A stretch of DNA of 64,000 nt from an uncultured delta proteobacterium (lineage in GTDB: Bacteria > Desulfobacterota > Binatia > Binatales > Binataceae): the NCBI GenBank assembly GCA_963711565.1, contig CAVQEQ010000004.1, positions 1,280,001 to 1,344,000 of the forward strand, given 5' to 3'. Positions 9,981 to 20,540 of this stretch are shown here, piece by piece (the first letter of the stretch is position 1; each line of letters begins with the position of its first letter). The notes under the pieces were generated by a model, which was given only the letters and a program-made list of their open reading frames with translations, searched no databases and was not told where the DNA came from. The translations under genes and the position numbers were made by a program.

Positions 9981-10922
9981 GTGGCTCGGAAGAAAATTGC
10001 GTTCATCGGGGCGGGTAATGTCGGCGCGACCTGCGCCCACCTGTTCTTCCTGCGCGGACTCGGCGACATCGTGCTCTACGATATTATCGAGGGCCTGCCA
10101 CAGGGCAAGGCGCTCGACATGCTCGAGTCGGCGCCGGTCCTCGGCATCAACGTCAACGTCACCGGCACCACCGACATCAAACAGATCGAGGGCGCCGATT
10201 GCTGCGTGGTCACGTCAGGATCGCCGCGCAAGCCCGGGATGTCGCGCGACGACCTGCTCAAGATTAATGCGAAGGTCATGACCAACGTCGGCAGCGCGAT
10301 CAAGAAGCACGCGCCCGGCGCGTTCGTGATCGCGGTCACCAATCCGCTCGACGCGATGGTTACACAGCTCAAGCGCGTGACCGGGTTTGCGAAAGGCCGC
10401 ATCGTCGGGCAGGCGGGCGTGCTGGACTCGGCGCGCTACCGGACGTTCCTGGCGGCGGAGCTTGGCGTCTCGACGGAGAGCGTCTCCGCGATGGTGCTCG
10501 GCGGGCATGGCGACGACATGGTGCCGATTCGCAGCTACACCACAGTCGGCGGGCAGCCGATCGAACGCCTGATCGCAGCGAAGCGGCTCGAGGAAATCGA
10601 GAAGCGCACGCGCGGAGGCGGAGGCGAGATCGTCGAGCTGATGAAGACGTCGTCGTACTACGCGGCTGGAACCGCGGTTTACAAAATGGTCGAGGCGTAC
10701 ATGCTCGATCGCAAGTCGGTGCTGCCGTGCGCGGCGTACCTTGACGGCGAATATGGCGTGACGGGGTTGTTCGCGGGAGTGCCGGTCGTGATTGGCGCGG
10801 GCGGCGTCGAGCGCGTGGTGGAAATCCAGCTGACGCCCGCCGAGAAGACCGCCTTTGACAGTTCGGTCGGGCACGTGCGCGAACTGGTCGAGGCGATGGA
10901 CAAAGTAATCGCGGCCGGCTGA
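9981..10922 (+). CDS. mdh: malate dehydrogenase
   Basis: IGAGNVG, PRKPGMSRDDL, TNPLD, LDSAR and LGGHGD motifs. Confidence 0.97.
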   Translation: MARKKIAFIGAGNVGATCAHLFFLRGLGDIVLYDIIEGLPQGKALDMLESAPVLGINVNVTGTTDIKQIEGADCCVVTSGSPRKPGMSRDDLLKINAKVMTNVGSAIKKHAPGAFVIAVTNPLDAMVTQLKRVTGFAKGRIVGQAGVLDSARYRTFLAAELGVSTESVSAMVLGGHGDDMVPIRSYTTVGGQPIERLIAAKRLEEIEKRTRGGGGEIVELMKTSSYYAAGTAVYKMVEAYMLDRKSVLPCAAYLDGEYGVTGLFAGVPVVIGAGGVERVVEIQLTPAEKTAFDSSVGHVRELVEAMDKVIAAG

Positions 10923-10949
10923 CCGGCGCACGCGATTCGGGAAAGTCTT

Positions 10950-11612
10950 ATGGCTGAAGCAGAAGCGGTGGCGGCGCCTGCGATTGCGTCCGGGATGACG
11001 GCGGACGAGCGGCACTGGCTGCTGCGCAGATTGCACTCGCTGTCGGGAATCATTCCGATCGGCGGATTCCTGTTTTTCCACCTGTTCGAAAACGCCTTCG
11101 TGCTGAAAGGCGGCGGGACGTGGTGGAAGGAGACTGAGTTTACCCGCAACATTCCGTTTCAGATCGCGGTCGAAGCGCTGGTGTTGTGGATTCCGATCCT
11201 CTACCACGCGATTTACGGCATCGTCATCACGGCCACCGCGCAGCCCAACGACTACCCGTACGAGCGTAACTACCAGTACACCTTGCAGCGCATCACGGGG
11301 ATTCTAGCGTTCCTGTTTATCGGCTTTCACGTCTTCTCGACGCGCGCGTACTTCTACGCCACCGGAGTCGAGACCGATTACATGCGGATGCACAACTTCA
11401 TGATGAATCCGCTGATTCTCACCACTTACCTGGTCGGGACGATTGCGTGCGTCTATCATCTGACCAACGGCATTTTCACATTCACGATCACCTGGGGAAT
11501 CGCGGTCGGCGCACGGGCGCAAACGCTGGTGAACCGCGCATGCGTCGCGCTGTTCGTCGTGCTGACTATTGTCAGCGTCTCGATCCTGATCGCATTTCGC
11601 GCACCCGCCTGA
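10950..11612 (+). CDS. sdhC: succinate dehydrogenase cytochrome b subunit (single-anchor, Bacillus b558 type)
   Basis: LRRLHSLSGIIP, LQRITG, YHLTNG and ITWG motifs; five hydrophobic helices; upstream of sdhA. Confidence 0.92.
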   Translation: MAEAEAVAAPAIASGMTADERHWLLRRLHSLSGIIPIGGFLFFHLFENAFVLKGGGTWWKETEFTRNIPFQIAVEALVLWIPILYHAIYGIVITATAQPNDYPYERNYQYTLQRITGILAFLFIGFHVFSTRAYFYATGVETDYMRMHNFMMNPLILTTYLVGTIACVYHLTNGIFTFTITWGIAVGARAQTLVNRACVALFVVLTIVSVSILIAFRAPA

Positions 11613-11624
11613 GGAGAACAACCA

Positions 11625-13382
11625 ATGCCAGGGCATCACATCATAGTAGGCGGCGGGCTGGCTGGGTTGACGGCGGCAATGAAGCTCGCGGAGCAGGGCG
11701 AGCAAATCGATCTGTTCTCGATCGTGCCGGTCAAGCGTTCGCATTCGGTGTGCGCGCAAGGCGGAATCAACGGCGCGGTCAATACGAAAGGCGAGGGCGA
11801 CTCGCCGATGATTCATTTCGACGACACGATTTACGGCGGCGATTTTCTCGCGCATCAGCCGCCCGTCAAGGCGATGTGCGAGGCGGCGCCGTCGATCATC
11901 TACCTGTTCGATCGGATGGGCGTGATGTTCAATCGCACGCCTGAGGGCCTGCTCGACTTCCGGCGCTTCGGCGGCACCAAGCATCATCGGACGGCGTTCG
12001 CGGGCGCGACCACCGGCCAGCAGCTGCTGTACGCTCTGGACGAGCAGGTGCGCCGCTACGAGGCGGCCGGCCTCGTGCGCAAGTTCGAGGGCTGGGAAAT
12101 GTTGAGCCTCGTGCAGGACGAGTCGGGCGATTGCCGCGGGATCGTCGCGATCGACACGCGCTCGCTCGAAATGCGCGCGTTTCCCGCCGACACGACGCTG
12201 ATTGCGACCGGCGGACCGGGCCTCGTCTTCGGCCGATCGACTCAATCGCTGGTGAACACGGGATCGGCGGCCAGCGCGTGTTACCAGGCGGGCGCGACGT
12301 ACGCCAACGGCGAGTTCATCCAGGTGCATCCGACCGCGATGCAGGGTGAGGACAAGTTTCGCCTCATCTCGGAGTCGATTCGCGGCGAGGGCGGCCGCGT
12401 GTGGACCTATCGCGACAGCAAGCCGTGGTACTTCCTCGAAGAGATGTACCCGGCGTACGGGAACCTGGTGCCGCGCGACATCGCGACCCGCGCGATTCAC
12501 AAGGTCGTGTTCGAGATGAAGCTCGGCGTTGACGGCAACCCGATCGTTTATCTCGACGTGAGCCATCTCGATCCCGAAGAGCTCAATCGCAAGGTCGCGG
12601 GCGTGCTCGAAATCTACGAGAAGTTCGCCGGCCAGGATCCGCGCAAAGTGCCGATGAAAATTTTCCCCGCGATGCACTATTCGATGGGCGGGCTGTGGGT
12701 CGATTACCATCAGCAGACCAACGTGCCGGGGCTGTTCGCGGCGGGCGAGTGCGAGTTCCAGTATCACGGCGCGAATCGGCTCGGCGCCAACTCGCTGCTG
12801 TCGTGCATGCACGGCGGAAATATCGCGGAGCCGGCGATGATTGGATACGCGAAGTCGAAGAAGAGCGCGGTCAGCTCGACGATTTTCGATCAGGAGCTGA
12901 GCTTGCAGCGCGAATCGTTCGACAAGATCTTCAAACTGAACGGCCCCGAGAACGCATTTGCGCTGTGGCGCGAGCTCGGCGACATCATGACCGAGAACGT
13001 CACGGTCGTGCGCCACAACGACAAGCTCAAGCTGACTGACGCCAAGCTGCTGGAGTTCAAAGAGCGATGGGGCAAAATCGGCCTCAACGACAAGGGCAAG
13101 TGGGCGAACCAGGAAGTGCTGTTCGTTCGGCAGTTGTGGAACATGCTCGAACTCGCGCGGCCGATCACGCTCGGCGCGCTCAATCGCAACGAATCGCGCG
13201 GGGCGCACTACAAGCCGGAGTTCCCCGAGCGCGACGACGAGAAATTCATGAAGACCACGATGGCGGCATGGTCGTCCGACGGTCCGCGCTTCAGTTGGGA
13301 GCCGGTTGACGTGAGCCTCATCAAGCCGCGGCCGCGGCGCTACAACGTCGAGAAATCCGCCGGCGAGCCGAAAGCGGCGTAG
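11625..13382 (+). CDS. sdhA: succinate dehydrogenase flavoprotein subunit
   Basis: RSHSVCAQGG (covalent FAD His), QVHPT, SESIRGEG, HYSMGG, HGANRLGANSL and RNESRGAHY. Confidence 0.97.
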   Translation: MPGHHIIVGGGLAGLTAAMKLAEQGEQIDLFSIVPVKRSHSVCAQGGINGAVNTKGEGDSPMIHFDDTIYGGDFLAHQPPVKAMCEAAPSIIYLFDRMGVMFNRTPEGLLDFRRFGGTKHHRTAFAGATTGQQLLYALDEQVRRYEAAGLVRKFEGWEMLSLVQDESGDCRGIVAIDTRSLEMRAFPADTTLIATGGPGLVFGRSTQSLVNTGSAASACYQAGATYANGEFIQVHPTAMQGEDKFRLISESIRGEGGRVWTYRDSKPWYFLEEMYPAYGNLVPRDIATRAIHKVVFEMKLGVDGNPIVYLDVSHLDPEELNRKVAGVLEIYEKFAGQDPRKVPMKIFPAMHYSMGGLWVDYHQQTNVPGLFAAGECEFQYHGANRLGANSLLSCMHGGNIAEPAMIGYAKSKKSAVSSTIFDQELSLQRESFDKIFKLNGPENAFALWRELGDIMTENVTVVRHNDKLKLTDAKLLEFKERWGKIGLNDKGKWANQEVLFVRQLWNMLELARPITLGALNRNESRGAHYKPEFPERDDEKFMKTTMAAWSSDGPRFSWEPVDVSLIKPRPRRYNVEKSAGEPKAA

Positions 13383-13401
13383 GTCGAGCAGGAGCATCGC
13401 A

Positions 13402-14151
13402 GTGCCAGAAAAGACGCAAGTCTTGAGAATCAAGCGCCAGGAGTCGCCGAACTCCGAGCCGTACTACGAAGAGTTCGAGATTCCGTTTTTGGGGAATCAC
13501 AACATCATCTCGATGCTGATGGAGATTCGGCGCAACCCGGTGACGCGGCAAGGCAAGCGCGTGGCGCCGGTGGTGTTCGATGCCAACTGTCTCGAGGAAG
13601 TCTGCGGCTCGTGCACGATGGTGATCAACGGGCGCGTGCGCCAGGGATGCTCGCAGCTGGCCGACGATCTCGACGGCCCGGTGACGGTCGAGCCGATGTC
13701 GAAATTCCCGGTGATTCGCGACTTATGGGTCGATCGATCGAAGATGTTCGAGGCGCTGAAGAAAGCGCACGCGTGGATTCCGATCGACGGCACCTACGAC
13801 CTCGGCCCCGGTCCGCGAATGGCGCCGAGCGTGCAGGAGTTCGCGTACTTGTTCTCGCGATGCATGACGTGCGGATGCTGCCTCGAGGCGTGTCCGCAGG
13901 TTAACGCGCACTCGAAGTTCATGGGCGCCGCGGTGATCGGGCAGGTGTACCTGATGAGCCAGCATCAGACCGGCAAGATGAATCACGAGGAGCGGATCGA
14001 GGCGATGATGTCGGAAGGCGGCGTCGCGGATTGCGGCAACGCGCAAAACTGTGTCGAGGTCTGCCCCAAGGAAATCCCGCTGACGACGGCAATCGGCGCA
14101 GTCGGCAGGCAGACGTTGATCAAATGGCTCCGCGACCTATTTATGAAATGA
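13402..14151 (+). CDS. sdhB: succinate dehydrogenase iron-sulfur subunit
   Basis: CLEEVCGSC, CMTCGCCLEACP and CGNAQNCVEVCP cysteine clusters. Confidence 0.97.
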   Translation: MPEKTQVLRIKRQESPNSEPYYEEFEIPFLGNHNIISMLMEIRRNPVTRQGKRVAPVVFDANCLEEVCGSCTMVINGRVRQGCSQLADDLDGPVTVEPMSKFPVIRDLWVDRSKMFEALKKAHAWIPIDGTYDLGPGPRMAPSVQEFAYLFSRCMTCGCCLEACPQVNAHSKFMGAAVIGQVYLMSQHQTGKMNHEERIEAMMSEGGVADCGNAQNCVEVCPKEIPLTTAIGAVGRQTLIKWLRDLFMK

Positions 14152-14170
14152 GCGCTGCGCAGGTAACTGA

Positions 14171-15334
14171 ATGAACATCCACGAATATCAAGCCAAGCAG
14201 ATTCTCGGACGCTTCGGCGTTCCTGTTCCCAAAGGGCAATTCGCGACGACGCCCGATGAAGCAGCGGGCGCATTCACCGCGCTCGGTCAGCCGAAGGCTG
14301 TAGTCAAGGCGCAAATCCATGCGGGCGGGCGCGGTAAGGCGGGCGGCGTCAAGCTGCTGACGGGCGCGTCCGACGTGCGCGACTTCGCGGCTAAGCTGCT
14401 CGGCAAGCCGCTGGTGACGCATCAGACAGGCCCCGAGGGCCGCGTCGTGCGTCGCGTTTATATAGAGGAGGCGAGCGACGTCGCGCGCGAGCTGTACCTC
14501 GGGATGCTCGTCGATAGGAAAGCAGGGACCGTTTCCGTGATCGCGAGCACCGAAGGCGGGATGGATATCGAGGAAGTCGCCAACAAGACGCCGGAAAAAA
14601 TTCTAACCGAGCAAATCAGTCCGCTGCTCGGCGTATCAGGTTTCCAGGCGCGCAAAATCGCTTTTTCACTGGGGCTTAAAGACAAGCAAGTCGGCCAGTT
14701 CGTTGCGCTGCTCACGGCGCTCTACCGGGCGTTCATCGAAACCGACGCGTCGCTAATCGAGATCAATCCGCTCGTCGTGACGAAGGACAACCGCGTCATC
14801 TGCCTCGACGCGAAAATGTCGTTCGACGACAATGCGCTGCTCCGCCATCCGGATATTCGCGAGCTGCGCGATCCCAACGAAGAAGATCCCGCCGAGACCG
14901 AGGCGGCGAAATTCGACCTCAGCTACGTGCATCTCGACGGCAACATCGGATGCATGGTGAACGGCGCCGGCCTCGCGATGGCGACGATGGACATCGTAAA
15001 GCTCTACGGCGCGGAGCCTGCCAACTTCCTCAACGTCGGCGGCGGCGCGAGCACCGAGAAGGTCGCCGCGGCGTTTCGCATCCTGCTCGCGGACAAGCGT
15101 GTCAAAGGCGTGCTCATCAACATTTTCGGCGGCATCATGCGATGCGACGTGCTGGCGCAAGGCGTGGTCGAGGCGGCGAAGCAGGTGAAGCTCAGCGTGC
15201 CGCTGGTCGTCAGGATGGAAGGCACCAACGTCGTCGAGGGCAAGAAGATTCTCGCCGACTCGGGCATCAAGGTGATCGCCGCCAGTGACATGGCAGACGC
15301 CGCCAAGCGCATCGTGCAAGCAATCGCAGCTTAG
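14171..15334 (+). CDS. sucC: succinyl-CoA synthetase beta subunit
   Basis: [37 protein letters not shown] and [10 protein letters not shown]. Confidence 0.98.
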   Translation: MNIHEYQAKQILGRFGVPVPKGQFATTPDEAAGAFTALGQPKAVVKAQIHAGGRGKAGGVKLLTGASDVRDFAAKLLGKPLVTHQTGPEGRVVRRVYIEEASDVARELYLGMLVDRKAGTVSVIASTEGGMDIEEVANKTPEKILTEQISPLLGVSGFQARKIAFSLGLKDKQVGQFVALLTALYRAFIETDASLIEINPLVVTKDNRVICLDAKMSFDDNALLRHPDIRELRDPNEEDPAETEAAKFDLSYVHLDGNIGCMVNGAGLAMATMDIVKLYGAEPANFLNVGGGASTEKVAAAFRILLADKRVKGVLINIFGGIMRCDVLAQGVVEAAKQVKLSVPLVVRMEGTNVVEGKKILADSGIKVIAASDMADAAKRIVQAIAA

Positions 15335-15343
15335 GATTTTCAG

Positions 15344-16222
15344 ATGAGCATTTTAGTCGATAAGAACACGCGCGTGCTGACGCAGGGAATCACCGGCGCG
15401 GTGGGACAGCTCCACACGCGCGCGTGCAAGGAATACGGCACCAAGATGGTCGGCGGCGTGGTGCCGGGCAAGGGCGGCACCGACTTCGAGGGCATCCCGA
15501 TTTTCGACAGCGTCGAGCAGGCGCGCAAAGCGACCGGCTGCAACGCGACGGTGATCTACGTGCCGCCGGCGTTCGCTGCCGACGCGATGCTCGAAGCTAT
15601 CGCCGCGGGAATCGAGCTCGTCATCTGCATCACGGAGAACGTGCCGGTGCTCGACATGGTCAAGGTGAAGGCGTACATGGCGGGCGGCAAGTCGCGCCTG
15701 ATCGGGCCCAACTGCCCGGGAATCATCACGCCGGGCGAGTGCAAAATCGGCATCATGCCGGGATACATTCACAAGCCGGGCGACATCGGCGTCGTGTCGC
15801 GCTCGGGCACGCTGACCTACGAGGCGGTGTATCAGTTGACGCAACTCGGAATCGGGCAATCGAGCTGCATCGGAATCGGCGGCGACCCGATCGTCGGCAC
15901 GACGCATATCGATGCACTGAGGTTGTTTAACGAGGATCCGAAGAGCCGCGCCGTTATCATGATCGGCGAAATCGGCGGGACCGCCGAAGAAGAGGCGGCG
16001 GAATACATAAAGCAATACTTTAAGAAACCCGTGGTCGCGTTTATTGCCGGTCAGACCGCGCCGAAGGGACGGCGGATGGGCCACGCGGGCGCGATAATCT
16101 CGGGCGGACGCGGCACCGCGGCGGACAAGGTCGCGGCGCTCAAGGCGGCGGGCATCACGGTGGCGTCGAGCCCGGCGGACCTCGGCTCGACGATGAAAGC
16201 CGTGCTCGAAGGCAAGAAGTAA
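15344..16222 (+). CDS. sucD: succinyl-CoA synthetase alpha subunit
   Basis: [16 protein letters not shown] and RRMGHAGA (phospho-His). Confidence 0.98.
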   Translation: MSILVDKNTRVLTQGITGAVGQLHTRACKEYGTKMVGGVVPGKGGTDFEGIPIFDSVEQARKATGCNATVIYVPPAFAADAMLEAIAAGIELVICITENVPVLDMVKVKAYMAGGKSRLIGPNCPGIITPGECKIGIMPGYIHKPGDIGVVSRSGTLTYEAVYQLTQLGIGQSSCIGIGGDPIVGTTHIDALRLFNEDPKSRAVIMIGEIGGTAEEEAAEYIKQYFKKPVVAFIAGQTAPKGRRMGHAGAIISGGRGTAADKVAALKAAGITVASSPADLGSTMKAVLEGKK

Positions 16223-16226
16223 TTCG

Positions 16227-16643
16227 ATGGAACGAACTTTCGCAATCGTCAAACCCGACGCGGTGCGGCGCGGGCTCACCGGCGACATACTCAAGCGGAT
16301 CGAAGCGTCGGGGCTGACGATCGTCGCGCTGCGCAAGACTCAGCTGTCGCGCGCCGACGCCGAGAAATTTTACGACGTGCACAAAGCGCGGCCGTTCTTC
16401 GACGGGCTCTGTAAGTACATGACTTCCGGGCCGGTGGTCGTGCTCGTGCTGCAAGGCGAGGGCGCAATCGGCAAGTGGCGTCAGTTGATGGGCGCGACCG
16501 ATCCGAAAAAAGCCAACGCCGGCACGATTCGCAAGGACTTTGGCATCAACGTCGAGCAGAACGCCACGCACGGCTCCGACGCGCCCGAGACCGCGGCACA
16601 GGAGATCTCGTTCTTTTTCCCCGCGCGCGAGATTTTGGCGTAG
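16227..16643 (+). CDS. ndk: nucleoside diphosphate kinase
   Basis: [10 protein letters not shown] and NATHGSD active-site motif. Confidence 0.98.
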   Translation: MERTFAIVKPDAVRRGLTGDILKRIEASGLTIVALRKTQLSRADAEKFYDVHKARPFFDGLCKYMTSGPVVVLVLQGEGAIGKWRQLMGATDPKKANAGTIRKDFGINVEQNATHGSDAPETAAQEISFFFPAREILA

Positions 16644-16692
16644 AACCGCCGTCCTGCTTTCACGGCTGCGTTTCGATTAGAATAGTCGGGCC

Positions 16693-17766
16693 GTGAACGA
16701 GAACCGCCAGACATCGGCTGAGCCAACGCCGACCAGTAGCGATTTCCGCGACCTGACGCTCGATGAAGTCGAGCAACTCGTCGCGAACGCGGGTGATCGC
16801 TCGTATCGCGCGCGCCAGATTCTGCACTGGGTACATGCTCGCGGGGCGGAGTCGTTCGACGAGATGCGCGAGCTACCGACTTCGCTGCGCAACTATCTGA
16901 AGCAGAACTTCACGATCGGGCATCCGGTGTCGTCGTTTGTCTCGCGCTCGTCGGACGGCACGCGGAAACTGCTCATCCGTCTCGACGACGGTGAGGAAAT
17001 TGAATCGGTAATAATCCCCACGGAAAAGCGCGTGACGCTTTGCATGTCGAGCCAGGTCGGATGCGCGATGGCCTGCGAATTCTGCGCGACGGCGCGCATG
17101 GGATTGCATCGCAACCTCACCAGCTCGGAGATGCTGGCGCAAATATTCGCGGCGCGCCGCGAACTGGCCGCGGGCGAGGAACTCACGAACTTTGTTTTCA
17201 TGGGGATGGGCGAGCCGCTGGCCAATTATCCGCGACTCGTGCGGACGCTCGCGATCATGACGTCAGAGTGGGGGCTGGGCATCTCGCCGCGTCGGATTAC
17301 CGTTTCTACCGTTGGCCTGGTACCGATGATGGAGCGGCTGCTGAACGACACGCCGGTTAATCTTGCCGTGTCGTTGCACGCGACGACCAACGAGGTTCGC
17401 GATCGGCTCGCGCCGATCAACAAACGCTATCCGCTGGAAGTGCTGCTCGACGCCTGCCGCAATCTGCCAATCAAGCGTCGCAGCCGTATTACCTTCGAAT
17501 ACGTGATGCTCGCCGGGGTGAACGATTCCCTCGCCGACGCGCGGCGTCTGTTGAAGTTGCTCGCGCCTTTGCGTGGCAAGGTGAATTTGATCTTTTACAA
17601 TCCGATGGAGGGATCGCCGCTGCGGAGCAGCTCGCGCGCCGCGGTGGAGGCCTTTCAAGCGATCCTCAAGAACGGTAATTTGACCGCTACGATCCGCGAA
17701 AGCCGGGGACTCGACATTGCGGCGGCATGCGGTCAGCTTTACGCCGAACAGCATACCCCGGCCTGA
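16693..17766 (+). CDS. rlmN: 23S rRNA/tRNA m2A methyltransferase RlmN (radical SAM)
   Basis: SSQVGCAMACEFC, FMGMGEPL, SLHA and DIAAACGQL. Confidence 0.96.
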   Translation: MNENRQTSAEPTPTSSDFRDLTLDEVEQLVANAGDRSYRARQILHWVHARGAESFDEMRELPTSLRNYLKQNFTIGHPVSSFVSRSSDGTRKLLIRLDDGEEIESVIIPTEKRVTLCMSSQVGCAMACEFCATARMGLHRNLTSSEMLAQIFAARRELAAGEELTNFVFMGMGEPLANYPRLVRTLAIMTSEWGLGISPRRITVSTVGLVPMMERLLNDTPVNLAVSLHATTNEVRDRLAPINKRYPLEVLLDACRNLPIKRRSRITFEYVMLAGVNDSLADARRLLKLLAPLRGKVNLIFYNPMEGSPLRSSSRAAVEAFQAILKNGNLTATIRESRGLDIAAACGQLYAEQHTPA

Positions 17767-17781
17767 AACGTCAGAAGAAAA

Positions 17782-18645
17782 ATGTCACAAAACGTACTCG
17801 GAGTGATCGGCGGCAGCGGCTTCTATCAGTTGAAGGGGCTGGACAAGGTCGAGCTGATGGAGCTCGAAACGCCGTTCGGCCGGCCGTCCGATCCGTTCTA
17901 CCAGGGACGCATCGGCAACGTCGAAGTTGTATTTCTATCGCGCCACGGCCGCGGGCATCGAATATTGCCGTCCGAAATAAACTTTCGCGCCAATGTTTTC
18001 GGGATGAAGCAGCTCGGCGTCACACATCTGGTTTCCGTCTCGACGGCGGGCAGCCTGAAAGAGGAAATCCATCCCGGCGAGTTGGTGGTGCCAAATCAGT
18101 TTATCGATCGTACATTCAAGCGCCCCGAGACATTTTTCGGCGATGGTCTCGTAGTGCATGTTTCGCTGGCGGATCCTGTATGTGCAAATCTCGCGAACGA
18201 CCTGGCCGCTGCGACACGAGCCGGCGGTGCAGTGGTTCATGACGGCGGCACTTACCTTTGCATGGAAGGTCCGCAGTTCTCGACGCACGCGGAGTCGAAT
18301 CTTTATCGCAGCTGGGGCGCGAGCCTCATCAGCATGACGGCGATGCAGGAAGCGCGGCTCGCCCGCGAGGCGGAGATGTGCTACGCGGCGCTGGTGCTGG
18401 TGACCGATTACGATTGCTGGCATGAGTCGGTGGCCGCAGTGGATATCGGCGAGATCCTCCGCGTGATGAAACTCAACGTGGACAAGGCGCAGAGTGCGGT
18501 CTCGGCGCTGGCGCATACGCTTGGCGATCGTCCGCGGACCTGCATGTGCCAGGACGCGCTGAAGAACACGATCATTACCGATCGCGCCGCAATCCCGCAG
18601 CGCTTGATCGACGATTTGCGACCGCTCGTAGGCAAATATCTTTAG
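17782..18645 (+). CDS. mtnP: S-methyl-5'-thioadenosine phosphorylase
   Basis: GVIGGSG, RHGRGH, EGPQFST and VTDYDCW. Confidence 0.93.
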   Translation: MSQNVLGVIGGSGFYQLKGLDKVELMELETPFGRPSDPFYQGRIGNVEVVFLSRHGRGHRILPSEINFRANVFGMKQLGVTHLVSVSTAGSLKEEIHPGELVVPNQFIDRTFKRPETFFGDGLVVHVSLADPVCANLANDLAAATRAGGAVVHDGGTYLCMEGPQFSTHAESNLYRSWGASLISMTAMQEARLAREAEMCYAALVLVTDYDCWHESVAAVDIGEILRVMKLNVDKAQSAVSALAHTLGDRPRTCMCQDALKNTIITDRAAIPQRLIDDLRPLVGKYL

Positions 18646-18684
18646 GACCAACCAAAAGCTCTCGGCGCTGAAGGTGCAATATAG

Positions 18685-19608
18685 ATGAGTATCGTTGTGG
18701 TGGGGTTTCTTGCGTATGACACCGTCGAAACGCCCGGTAGCAAAGTCGAGGAAGTCCTGGGTGGCGGCGCCAGTTACTTCGCGATTGCGGCCCGATTCTT
18801 TTCGCCGGTCAGCATCGTCGCGGTGGTCGGTTCGGATTTCAAGGCTGAAGATATGCGGCTGTTCACGGAACGGAATATCGACGTGCGCGGTGTCGCCAAG
18901 CGCGAGGGTAAGACCACGCGATGGCATGGGCGCTATCACGAAGATATGAACGTGCGCGATACCGTCGCGCTCTCGCTCAATGTCCTCGAGAACTTCACGC
19001 CGCAATTGCTGCCTGACCAGTGCCGCGCCGACTACTTATACTTGGCGCCAAACGATCCTGCGCTGCAGGAACACGTGCTGGACCAGGTGCTCAGTCCCAA
19101 AGTGGTAGTGGCCGATCTCTACGACTATTGGATCGAGAACACGCGTCCGGGCCTGGCCAAAGTGCTCGAACGGATTCAGATCCTGCTTTGCAGCGACAGC
19201 GAGGCGCGCACGCTTACCGGCGAGCACAACCTGGTGAAGGCGGGACGCGCGATTCTGAAGATGGGTCCCTCGACCGTTCTGATCAAGCGCGGCGAGTATG
19301 GTGTGCTGCAATTCAGCGACGAAGGAATGTTCGCGGTGCCGGCGTATCCGTTGGAAGAGGTCGTCGATCCTACCGGCGCGGGCGATACGTTTGCGGGCGC
19401 AATGATGGGATTCCTGGCGCGGCACGGGCGCGTAACAGAATCCTCGCTGCGCACCGCGGTCGTCTACGGCAGCGTGCTCGCGTCGTTCGTGGTCGAGCGT
19501 TTCTCGCTCGAGCGGCTGTTGGATTTGACCTGGGAAGAAATAGACAATCGCTATCGGGAGTTTATCAATCTAATAGACTCTCATCATTCGAAATGGACTA
19601 CTCAGTAG
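18685..19608 (+). CDS. PfkB-family sugar/nucleoside kinase
   Basis: LGGGASY N-terminal motif and DPTGAGDTFAG PfkB signature. Confidence 0.92.
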   Translation: MSIVVVGFLAYDTVETPGSKVEEVLGGGASYFAIAARFFSPVSIVAVVGSDFKAEDMRLFTERNIDVRGVAKREGKTTRWHGRYHEDMNVRDTVALSLNVLENFTPQLLPDQCRADYLYLAPNDPALQEHVLDQVLSPKVVVADLYDYWIENTRPGLAKVLERIQILLCSDSEARTLTGEHNLVKAGRAILKMGPSTVLIKRGEYGVLQFSDEGMFAVPAYPLEEVVDPTGAGDTFAGAMMGFLARHGRVTESSLRTAVVYGSVLASFVVERFSLERLLDLTWEEIDNRYREFINLIDSHHSKWTTQ

Positions 19609-20531
19609 TCATTCCGCTCTACAACGAGCGGGATAATCTCGCCCCGCTGCACGCCGAGTTAAGCCGCGTGATGCAGGGTCTCGGGCGCGCCTACGAACTG
19701 ATATTCGTGGACGACGGCAGCGTCAACGGGAGCCTCGACGCGCTGCGGCAGATCAAGTCCGCGGACCAGAATGTGCGAGTGATTGCGCTCGCGCGCAATT
19801 CGGGACAGACGGCTGCGCTGGCGTGCGGCTTCTCGCACGCGAACGGCGCCGTGATAATCGCGATGGACGGCGACGGGCAAAACGATCCTGCCGACATCCC
19901 GCGGCTGCTGGCCAAGCTCGACGAGGGCTACGATCTGGCCAGCGGCTGGCGTACGGAGCGATGGCAGGAGGAACGCTTCACGCGCAGATTGCCCTCAATG
20001 GCGGCAAATTCGCTGATCTCCGCGATGACCGGGGTCAAGCTTCACGACTACGGCTGTACCTTCAAGGCGTACCGCCGCGACCTCGCGCGCAGTCTTCAGC
20101 TCTACGGCGAGATGCATCGATTTGTCCCGGCGATTGCGGCGGAGCAGGGCGCGCGAATCGCGGAAGTCGAAATCGGATTTCGACCGCGTCGCGCAGGCAT
20201 CTCGAAATATGGACTGTGGCGGATCGTGCGCACATTGCTCGACCTTATCACCGTTAAATTTCTATCCGGTTACTCCACTGCGCCGATACAAGTGTTCGGT
20301 TTGATCGGAATCATCCTCGGCGGCCTTGGCAGCTTGTGGACCTTCATCCTGGTGGTCGAGAAAGTAGTATTAGGACGCGAACTGGGTAATCGGCCCGCGC
20401 TGTTGTTGGCAGTGTTGTTAGTAGTAGTCGGAGTACAGTTTGTGAGTATAGGCCTGCTGGGCGAGATGCTCGCGCGGACCTATCACGAATCGCAAGGAAA
20501 GCCGATCTACGTAATCCGGGAAGAATTCTAG
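19593..20531 (+). CDS. GT2 polyprenol-phosphate glycosyltransferase (ArnC/GtrB-like)
   Basis: Start at MDYSVVIPLYNE; VDDGS, MDGDGQNDP and LYGEMHRF motifs; two C-terminal TM helices. Confidence 0.93.
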   Translation: MDYSVVIPLYNERDNLAPLHAELSRVMQGLGRAYELIFVDDGSVNGSLDALRQIKSADQNVRVIALARNSGQTAALACGFSHANGAVIIAMDGDGQNDPADIPRLLAKLDEGYDLASGWRTERWQEERFTRRLPSMAANSLISAMTGVKLHDYGCTFKAYRRDLARSLQLYGEMHRFVPAIAAEQGARIAEVEIGFRPRRAGISKYGLWRIVRTLLDLITVKFLSGYSTAPIQVFGLIGIILGGLGSLWTFILVVEKVVLGRELGNRPALLLAVLLVVVGVQFVSIGLLGEMLARTYHESQGKPIYVIREEF

Positions 20532-20540
20532 AGGCCACCG

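Noticed and set aside
11304-13433. 709-aa minus-strand ORF and similar long antisense ORFs (2492-3448, 6898-8358, 33727-35232, 37824-39203, 39510-40790, 52853-53986)
   Set aside because: Each lies opposite a well-supported gene; long stop-free antisense frames are expected with high-GC codon bias and none has recognisable motifs.
19020-19592. Long N-terminal extension of the GT2 ORF (likewise the extensions of lepA, rlpA and DUF151 in the ORF track)
   Set aside because: They overlap neighbouring real genes in another frame; family homology begins at the downstream starts.
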